Below, in pieces: positions 13,101 through 24,400 of a stretch of 36,503 bases of DNA (its first letter is position 1; each line of letters starts with the position of its first letter). The stretch lies in assembly GCA_037834085.1 (NCBI GenBank), contig JBBMKC010195052.1:1-36503 (forward strand), written 5' to 3'. Both the position numbers and the translations under genes were made by a program. The notes under the pieces are model-generated. The model saw only the letters and a program-made list of their open reading frames with translations, was not told the DNA's origin and ran no database searches. The stretch comes from Bipalium vagum. Lineage: Eukaryota.

Positions 13101-14376
13101 CGATGGACCGGAACAAGTGGTCATCTCCGTCCGATGAGTAGGTCGGGTGAAGTAATACTTCCAAATTCAACTCATTTAATTTGTTTTTCACAATTCTGGT
13201 AACATGAAACCGGGCATTGTCATGTAGTTGTCATATCGCCTTCCCAAGTCTGGCAGGTCATTCTGATCATTTTTCTGCGATTTAAATGTATTACTTGATT
13301 TTCATAATGAATGCCGGTAACAGTTTCTCTTGGTTTCAGTTAGGTCATAGTAACTAATTCATATCTAGTTCCATCACAAACACAATAACACTGACTCTAC
13401 ATAAAAGTTGCGTTTTGCCGTTGATGTTGTCTACTGGTCTGGATCAAACCATGATCTATTACGTCTAGGATTTCCAAAATAAATCCATCTTTTATCTTTA
13501 GTGACTATTCGACAGAGGAAAGACTTTCTTTATTATTCAATGAAGATTTCGCAAGTTATTTTTCTGTACTGTTTGTTTCTGTCGTTTAATTCACAAGGCA
13601 CCAAATTTCTTTACTTCTGAATCATTCCAATATCATGCAAGCAGTTTGAAATCGCTTGTTGCGTTACAATCAGCGTTGAAGCCAATTTTTCTTACGTTTA
13701 AGAATCGTAAATAAATCGTCTTTAAATAGAAAAGAGCATTATTTTCATTTATTGTGTAATCTTATCGTGTTGGGAAGTAATAAAATCCATTGTCTTATTG
13801 TTTGAGTTTATACCAATTAAGTTATCGTTGAACTTAGCCACAATAAATTGAAGAAGTCAATTATTACGACTTGATTAATTAAACACTTGTTTATGGATTT
13901 TTTTGATTTTTTCCTTTATTATATAAGGGTGATAAAATATGTAAATGTTTTTCGAAATTGATTAATAATTTTTTGTCATATTTGATTTTAATTACCGATT
14001 GTTATGGTAATGTTCTCATCATTTTTTGTGTTAAAAATCTTTTTTATTTATAAAACCCTGAAGAAAAGTAATAAAAACGAAATTAACGATTATATGGGAG
14101 CAATAAATGTCACAGAAAACTAATATTTGGATAATCCAATAGAGCGATTATTTATGTTAACGAATATTATCATTAAAAGAGGATATTGAATATCATCAAC
14201 GTAAATATTGAATGTTCTTATATCAACAGCCCTCACTAATTCAGGTTAAGTAAATAAAAAACAAAATAAAATAAAAACACAATACAAAGTTTTCTATTTT
14301 TTTACTTTTTAATATATACTTGTAAAATTATTTTTCACAATTTCAATTATGAAATTTATTGAACCAAAATTATTGG

Positions 14377-14409
<33 letters not shown>

Positions 14410-17400
14410 TCAATAATAAAATCAATAATAAAAAAATAATAATAGATAAAAAAATAATCTATAATATTAAAAATAATAATAAATAATAATAATAATAATA
14501 ATAATAAATAATAATTTTGGTTTTGTGAAAGATTTACTTTTCACATCAATTTTACCACAAAATATTTGAACTGATCTTTCATAAAAATTATATTTTAATG
14601 TTCTAAGGTTAAATATTGGCTGCTTGATATTATTAGAGAGAAAACTTTCGGTATTTAAAGTCGATAATGTTTATAATTAAAATAATATTATTATCATTAT
14701 TGATTTATATTTAGGACAGAGTAATAAAAAAGAATTTCTCATACCATATTTTTCTATTTTGATAGATACAATTAATTTGAAGTATGATCAATATTCTACT
14801 TAAAGTTTTTGAATGGAAGAAAAAAAGATAAAGAGAAAGGAACGGTATTGGATAACTATAAAGTTATCCATTCTGTTAATGAAGTTGGTGAAATGAAAGC
14901 CTAAATTGGGTTTTGTATAATTTAAAAATGGTTACCACTTTTAACAAAGCTCTTAAAGTGTTCTTTTCTTGGCATAAGAATAAATTAAATAAATTTTCTG
15001 TTTGTCAAGAATAGAGTTTCCTCATGCTAAGAAAATTTATAAATAATTTCTATTAAGATAATTTCTTTTATTATCGACGATGCAGTACGCAATTTGGCCT
15101 AAATTTACTCTTTTATGGATATTATGGGTCTATCCCTAACAAATTAATTTGACATTGGAGTTATAGTGGTATTCGTACAACATATTACCTTTGGTTTTAA
15201 GTAGAGGTAGTTTTTTAAAGTATTGGGTTGAGTAAAAAGTCTTCGTATTTTAAAGAAAAACCAAAGTCGATTTTTCAGGATTATGAAAAATGTTATTCAA
15301 CAATAAATGCACAATTTTTAACAACGAATTTTCGCCTTTTGTAAGGTAATTTGAAAATGCCATCCTTCCAGAATTTTTATGATTGAGAGATCGATAAACT
15401 TCTCCATGTATTTTTGGAAACCCTCTAAAGAACTGAAATTTTTTCCATAAAGAGAATTCTTCGAAACCTTCGATATGTTCACTTTCTGTTAAAAATGTCT
15501 TCCTGAGGGTTCACCATCTCTACACTTTGTATCACCGATCCGGAACTTTTTAAAACATTTCTATTTGGACTGCGCTGCAAATTTTTCTTTACGAAAGTAA
15601 AATAACGCAAGCAGTGAAAATATTAATTATTGTCTTCCACGTTTTCATTTAATTTTGATTCATAAGAATAATCTTAAGAATAACTTAAATTGAGCGCGCT
15701 AGTTTGAGTATTAAAACAAATATATATTTCTTATTTTAAATGATTAAACTTTCAATATTTTTCATATTTAAATTAATTCAAAATAACGGACTTTTCACTC
15801 AAGCCAATATTATTCTCATTCTATTCGAAGATTAACCTGAAGCTAAAAGAAAAATGTGTAAAATTTCTTAATTATTTCTAATTTATATATCTTCTACATT
15901 TTATGAAAAGCCTGAAAATTCGTAAAAATGTAGAAACAGAATAAATCAATAAAGGGAAAACAAATAAAAAAAAACCCTTACTATCAATAATTAGTCTTAC
16001 TATATTGTTTATTCACATATGCAGTATGATACGTTCTATATATGCAGTATCAGTTACCATGGTCATTTTTAACAATAATTGTCTTAGGAATTCACTATTC
16101 AGAAGACGAATTCTAATCATTAACCATCATTAATCAATTAAAGTGTAAAATTACATTTTATTTTAGAAAAATTAATATGCATTTAATTAAATACATTAAA
16201 TCTTGTAATTTACCCAATTATATAATTTTAAAATTTTTTTATTTGCTCAAAACTGTTTTTGATAATTTATTATTAATTATTATTTTGACACATTCAAACA
16301 AACACAGACTAGTGACATTCTTTGATACATTTTTGTAAAAATATCCATTTCTAAAATAAAAAAATATTTTTTTAAATAAAAAAAGTACTTTAAAAGTTAT
16401 TGATTTTCCCTATTATATAAAACCGAATTTGATCCACTAGTTTAAACATTCGGGTATTTAAATTAAATATTGACCAGTGATACAACATACTGCGAACAAA
16501 CAAATAATAGTTGTTTGGTAATTAATAGTCAATTCGTAATTATCAACCCTTGAGGGATCATCTCTGCTAATCAGATTTAAATTAAAGTCATTAGGGGAAA
16601 ATGGTTTTTGAAATATATCATTTAAGCGTTAATTTTCAAAAAATATTTAGAATTAAAAATAATTTATTAGCGAAAATATCAATTTCAAAATTGAATCTTG
16701 ACAGTACTAACAGAACTGAAGGCATAGAGAACATAAGGATAAACATCTTATGATTTGAAGGAGAAGCCCAGAGAATATTATTAAAAGTTAAGTAATACTA
16801 TCGGATAACCAAACAGCTCGTGCGTATTTTAATACACAAATTTCCTCGAATATCGTTAAAATTATATAGATGGCGTTCCTATATTTTATTTAGTATTAAT
16901 CCATCTCCATTTAAATCAATAAAATTTTAGATTAGTTTGGTTCGTCAAAGGCACAGAGACCACTAAAGGTCTACAATAATAATTATGATAATAAAATTAA
17001 TTTAAAAAATAACGAATTAAATAATTATTAACAACAACTTGATCATTATTAAAAAAAGAATTTGTCTTGTCGTCGAGAAAATAGAAAAATAATTTTGGAA
17101 TTATTAGGCTATTAGAGGAAATAGCCTTTCAAAGGTAGCGATTGTCCGTCTTCAGCCAATGTCCACTACTATATAAGGCAAGGATTTTGTTCAGAAATTT
17201 GCCGAAGAAAAAGAGATAAGTATAATAAGATACCACTTTCCGCGTTAATCAATATTCAGTTTCTGAGAAGAAATCATTTTTGTGGAGATATCCGTTTTCT
17301 GCAACAGCAAATTCTGTGTCGGAAGATTTATTTCCATTTATTGATTTGTAAATATTTTACCCTTTCGAGAATATGCTGCAACAGAATCTTTCAGCGGGTC

Positions 17401-18403
17401 CCGTCGATTTTGGGAACCACTATATACCGATCAGGACCTAGCGGACAACCCGAGAACCCTTTGACCGCTCCGGTAACAACGATAATATTGTATTGTAATT
17501 TTTGTGTTTTTATCGTTTCGATTTGTAAACATTTAAAACGTTTTATCATTTATTCGATTTTTGTGATTGATTAACATTAACATTATATTAATATTTTATT
17601 TGATTGATATTATATTGATTTGATTTTTGTTTTCTTTTGTGTGAAATCGAATATTGATTTGACTTTGTAATCTATTTGCTCTTGATTATATGTTGTTATA
17701 AAATAAACATTTCAATAAGGAAAATAGTACCAGATATATTTTTTGAAATCATATTTCAAATGGACATCAGCAAATCCTTAACTACAGCTTGTTCATTATC
17801 AAATTTAAAAAATATGTAAAGAACTCTATGATTATGTCTAATATTTTTTACTCAAAATCCACGGAATTCTACAGAAAAACCATAGAAAAAATTGATGTCA
17901 CCTTGGCAAAAGGTACTGGAAATTATGGTGAGTAATTCGATGAATAAAAGTGAGTTATATATATGAGCTTCCTTCGTTACCTAATATATAAAAGTCGTCA
18001 TTGTCATTTTAACTATATGAAAACAATAAAACCATAAATATATCGAAATGATGAAATGAACTTTTCATCATTTTGCATTAGGAACACTGTCCGTGGTAAA
18101 GAATAGAATTAATTGTTTCTGCAGACAAATTATAACAATTCATAGAATATTTCCCGGATATTTCCTCAATTTTCTAATATCTATCAGCATCATACAAATT
18201 AGAAAAAATATAATTCAGTTATCAGTTCGTTTAGCTTCACAAATCTCATCATATTTGACAGACATTAAAAAAATATTTAGAATTAAAAATAATTTATTAT
18301 CAAAAATAATGATTTTACTCTTGATTCATGACAATATTGAATTTGACAAAATTAGACCAATTAATAAATTTCAATTTAATTAGAAAATTCTGAATTTCTT
18401 AAT

Positions 18404-18450
<47 letters not shown>

Positions 18451-21400
18451 TTCGAACATGGTATCCATAATATGCAGAATTAACACGCGAGGAAATGTAA
18501 TTGAGGGACGAGGAGAAATACTTAACCAATTTTTAAAGTAATAATAGCAAATAAAAGATTAATAAAATATTATTTTTCAACAATATAATTGAGTCAAATA
18601 TAAAAATTACTCTGATAAAAGAAATGATTAGTGAAACATTGATTTAAACAAATAATGGAATGAAAAGCATTGACAGTAATTGATAATGAATAGGATAAGT
18701 CCTGAGAATAAATAACAAGTTGTTACAATTTTGAAGTGGAATGGGAAACTGCCAAAACAACTCCACGAAAATGACTTAAGACAGCTTCATTGTCAACTAC
18801 TTCAAACACTTCTGACATCTAATACGATTAGGTGATAATTCCGATAGTTCAGTCTTTAATAAAGAATTGAAGATAACAGATTCTCCACAAGATAAAAAGT
18901 TCTATAAAATCCGATGATTTCGCTGTAGCAGAGGAGACAATAACTGAGAAAATTTCTTTTATCAATAGTGATTAAAAGTTATTTCGATTTTAAGTACAGT
19001 AGAAATCAATTGAGATGATAATCTTGGATTTGAGACTTTTCTCACTCTGTAACGGATTAGATTCATTAAGGGCGATCATCAACGATCTAGGATTTACAAA
19101 ACGAAGTTAATTGAATCCTTCACATGTTACAATGTATTAAAGAAGCAGAATTAATTGCGGAAAGAATGATACAATGCTTTCCTGAACTGTAAGGCGCGAA
19201 TTGAAAGCGTTGCGGGAAAACGCTTTCGAGTTAAATCAAAATTAGATGAGATAAGAGTAACAAAATTTATTAAAAAAAAAGAAATTAATGAAATGAAAAA
19301 TCAAAAATTTTTAAACCATCAAATTGAACATGTGAACCATTTTTAAAAATGAATATTTTATTATAATTAATATTAACGTAGTCTAAGGACACTAAATACT
19401 AATTGAAGAATTTAAGACAAGATCAAAAATTTATAAAGTTTTTTGTTTAAATAAATGTTTTAAATTTATAATTTTCTAGAGGAATCAATATGCACTTGTT
19501 CTATTAATTTCATAATCGGGAACAATAAAATTTTAGATTTTTTCAAATTATTTTTCCTTTTAAGATATTGATAAATCTTAGAGCTTCTTTTCAAAAAATA
19601 AGTAGTAAGTCCTAAGAAAACTAATATAAAAAATCAATAGGAGACCAGTCTTAGGAACAGGAAAAATTATCATTTTTATTGTAATATACATGGTGAGTGT
19701 GAAGTCTCTTCGCTACTTTAATACCAATAGAAAATCAACAACAATCAATCTTTTGGTATTGATATATCGACGATTTTGGTAATTTTATAAGGAGTTTAGA
19801 TTCATGCCTCAAGGTTGATGGACAACAATTTTAATTGTTTTAAATAATTTTTGGATATATTTACGATTTAGTTGTTCATTATTAATTGTCTTTGTTTACG
19901 GACTACATTATGTTGCACAAATCCAAAATAGCGAAGTGACTTTACACTTAACAATTGATTTATTTTAGTGTTCGGAGATGACAATAAAATTGATTTAATA
20001 TTTCAAGTTAATATTGTGAACAATAAATCGTTAAAATCTTATAATAATCAGAGATATTTCGATATCCTGCAGGAAATATATAAAAGTAAATCAGAAAATA
20101 GTAAGAAAATCACCATTTATAAAAATCACAAATAATTTGTATTGCACTATTATTATTTCTGTTATATAAGTGAAAAGAATATCTTGGGTTAACTGATGAA
20201 ATGTCTCCTTAATTGATAAAGGAAATCTAAATTTTATAATAATTATGATATTGCCTTAGGTTAAAACTAAGCATCCTTCGGCTTATTTAATAATTTAAAT
20301 TGAATAAGGTCTAATTTTTCAAATTAGATTTTAATAAATTAAAATAAAATCTCTATAATGTCCCACAGTTTGCACATTTTTCAACTTCAAATGTATTTAT
20401 ATAATCTACTGTATGATCGCGTATTGTTTTGCTAAAGTTGATCCAAGTAAATTTGATTACATGATCCGGAATTGAAAGAAATTATTCGATTCATCAATAA
20501 TTAATGTTCATAAAATATTTGTCACACTAAATCTATTTTTATATTTTATATCTTAATACTTTTATATATTTTATTCATGAAAATATTATTGGTTAATTAA
20601 TTATTCTCAATAGCTGCATTAATAATTAAATTTATCCCAATAATGTGCCATAAAAATTGATTTAATGATTTAAAAACAAAATTAAAATATCACATTGCGA
20701 TAAGAATTATGTCAATTTTATATAGTTTCCAATTAAAATAATATTTTATAATTATAAAAAAAAGTGTAGGTTAAAACGAAATAATAATTTTTAATTTATT
20801 TTAATGATCCAAATTAGAAGATATTTTTAAAAATATTTTTAAAATATAAAAATATTTAAAATAATTTTTATCCTTCGATTAAAACAAATATTAAAACAAC
20901 ATTTTGTAATTGTAATAAATATATACTTCTTTTTTGGTTTTCTTTTCATTTTTATTCATTTTATTTTTTAATGATTTTACAAACAATTTTTAATATCGGA
21001 AATAATATTGATTTTATTCGTATAATTTTTACCAATTTTTTGAAATTTCTAAAAATACAAATACAAATACAATAAAAAGTACATCACATAATGCGTCTGA
21101 AATGTTGATTCCGATGTTTTGAAAAAACAAATATCTAGTTATAATTTTGGTACTATAAATATCTTATGTAAAGAAAAATTGTTACATTTATTATAGAAAG
21201 ACAATCTACATTTATGATGTCGAGATGATTGCAAATTCTTCAAAAATTTTGAAAGACCTTTGCTGAAATCGAAACTATTACAGTTGAACATCTTATAGGG
21301 ATTTAGTAGAAATGATTGTTTAAATAAATGTAGACGGATGTAAGCTAGAAATAGCTTTCGTTGGAACCAAAGATGATTAAATTACAAAATCCATTGTTCT

Positions 21401-24400
21401 TACGTTTGTTGTTAGTCGACTGGATAGTGTTATCACTTTTTGCTGGGCAATCTCCAATTCGTGGCGCAATTTTCTAATCTAAGAGTAAAATGTAATTATA
21501 TAAATAATCCCCATTTAGTCCTCACTAACCTCTTGGGTTTGCTTGTCCTCAGACTGAAATAATATTTACTATTAATATTGAAAATTATTATTAAACATTT
21601 GTGATATATAAAAATTATTTTATAATTAATCAGATTTAATTATATTTATTCACTTCATTTTATATTGGTCAATTTGTATTTTTCAGAATAAAAATTATAA
21701 CTTTAAAGGGAAGATGTCAGAGAGATTTTCTTAAAACGATACAAAACTTAAAAGGCATTTCAGTGCATTGGACTCCAAAATAATTTTTGAATAATTATCA
21801 AAATCAATGTTGAGTAATTTAGTTTGATATCAAAAGATATTGGATCCAAGCCTTGTAACATAATAAATAATATAATATAATATAATATAATATAATATAA
21901 TATAATATAATATAATATAATATAATATAATATAATATAAAAGTGTTGCATGTTGACCTCATGGTATTTTGGATTTAATGTTAAAAAAAATTTCTGAACG
22001 TTTATCCGAAAATTTATAAGACAAGATCATTAAAATAAATTATATATTCTATGGCAATTTCTATCGTGGTCATGCTGAGCTTTGGTTCAATGTTATTACT
22101 GAAAATTACCTGTTCGTATTTTTGAAAATGATTTTGAAAAATATTTGTTCAGGATTTATATAATAATACAATAATTATTATTTAATTTTTTTGGTTTATG
22201 TATAATATATTTGTTTATCTGAATCGTTGATGATATACTTCAGTTAACCAACTGCCCCACATGATACATAATGTCATGAATACATACGAATAAGGGAAGC
22301 TTCGTGTTTTAATGCAATTATAAGTATTATTAAAGATTAAATTGCCAAATTTCTATCTTGCCGCATCAAAGTCTTAAGAGGACTTTAGATGAATGTAAAA
22401 CAGTCAATCATTTTCCGATTAAAACAAACCGTTTAAGAATCTGCATAAAACATCTTTTTTTTTCTTTTGAATATAATTTTTTGTATAGAATAGAAAGGGA
22501 AAAAGATATAAAGATGAAGAATAATTTAAAAAGTCAAATCGAAAAAAGGTAGGTAAATTATAAATTTGGTTGGATTATTTATGGACGACTTCTTTTATTT
22601 TATAAAAAAATAGAATAAAACAGTCCATCTGATTAATCAGTGGAGCCTAAAAATTAGTCAACCCTGGCAATATAAATTGGCATAATTGATGAAAAAGAAT
22701 ATTTTCATCCTGACTAATATTTGAACTATTGTTACTGAAGTCTTACCAGAGCTTTTATTTTCATCATAATCTCAGTTACGATCTGGAAAACATTAGGCGG
22801 TGCTTCCTCCACTACCATAAAAACTTTCTATCCATTTTTATTCAACCATAACATTAAAAACAGTCTGAATAAACCAATTATAACAATAATAAATAGTTCA
22901 AACATTCATTTTGATCCTAAAGATAATTTTTTCAATATCAGGTTTAATTAAACAATCTCACAAAATAATACTTGGAGCGTATTTTTGACTCATGAGATAT
23001 AATGCTTTTCGGATGAAAATTTCTTTTGAGATAAAATATCAAAAATATTAATATAAATAAAATAAATTAATTAAAAATAATTAAAATTATTAAAAATAGT
23101 CTGAAAATATGAAAATCTGTAGAACTCATTTTCATTAAAAATAAATTTTATTTTATTATTTTATTTATATAATTTTATATTTATTTTATATAAATTTATT
23201 GATTTTATTTTTGTTAATTAAATAAATTTGTATTTTGTTAGTATTAATTATTTCTCAAAACATATTGGAAGAAACACAACAATCACAATTCTTAACTATT
23301 TTTTTATTAAATTCACAGTAAATTTATTGATTAATTTTTTTAAGAATTCTTTTAAAAAAAATTAAGTAATTTAATTAATCAAAAATAAAAAAATCTTTTA
23401 ACTAAAATTATTAGGCCATTCGGTTACATGGTTTTAAAAGTTCAAGTTTTTTAAAATCTAAATAAAGTCTGGAAAAATAATAAAAATTTTCGAACAAAAA
23501 TATTCTTCAATTTTGTTTAAAATTTTTTTTTAATTAAAAATTTTAAAAGCTACAAGGTAAAATTTTGTAACTTATTAAATATTTTATAAATTAATTGAAA
23601 AATAAATATTAAAAGTATATTATAAAATTTTCTTAATCATTGGTCATTAATTAAAAGCTAAATTTGATAAAATTTAATTTGTCTGAATAAAAACAATTTT
23701 ATATGAATTCAAAAAGAGATAAAAATGTTGACTTTCAAAATCAAGGTGATAAGAAAAAAATAAATTATAATAAAATAATAATTAATAAAATAATAATTAA
23801 TAAAATAATAAGAAATTATAATAATAAAATAATAAATTTTTTTATTAATGCTCTTTGGTGTAAAACTTTTAGAGCTCATTCTTAAAATGAAAAGTACTCC
23901 AGGTAGAAACAATAGAAAAATAGGCCCATTATTAAATTAACAAATATAAATAAATAACGAAAACGATGACAGATTTTTATGTCATGAGTTTGTTGAACTT
24001 GACTACAAAGGAAAAGAGGAGAAAGAAACAATTAGAATTTTTACTCTACTAAATCGTATTCAGAGACCTTTGATATTTGGTAAATTGTACAATATATAAT
24101 TAATATCAATTCTGTCAGATATACACAGGAGTACAATAAATATGTTTGACATTGATTATAACAAAAAATATATAATATTCTACAGAAAGGAGTTTTTTAT
24201 AATATTTAATGTGTTACTTATAAAATAAATAAAAATATTTTTGAAAATCTTATCATAAAAGGTTAACAAAGGGTTAAGAATGGGAAAAAGATTACCATAG
24301 ATCGGCGTGAATCATTAGAAGCAAGAGAAAGGCTGGATCCATTGTCTAAATCAAAACCCTGGTTACATTTCGAGTTTTATAATACATTATATACCCTGTG

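Noticed and set aside
16058-16120. ATG-initiated 21-codon frame ending at ATG|gtaact, in phase with the next exon
   Set aside because: Expected by chance in an 8.7-kb intron; no promoter features or homology.
21760-21951. ORF with YIILY repeats (likewise the poly-Ile ORF at 30254-30442 and the ORFs at 23703-23912)
   Set aside because: Translations of microsatellite or low-complexity DNA.
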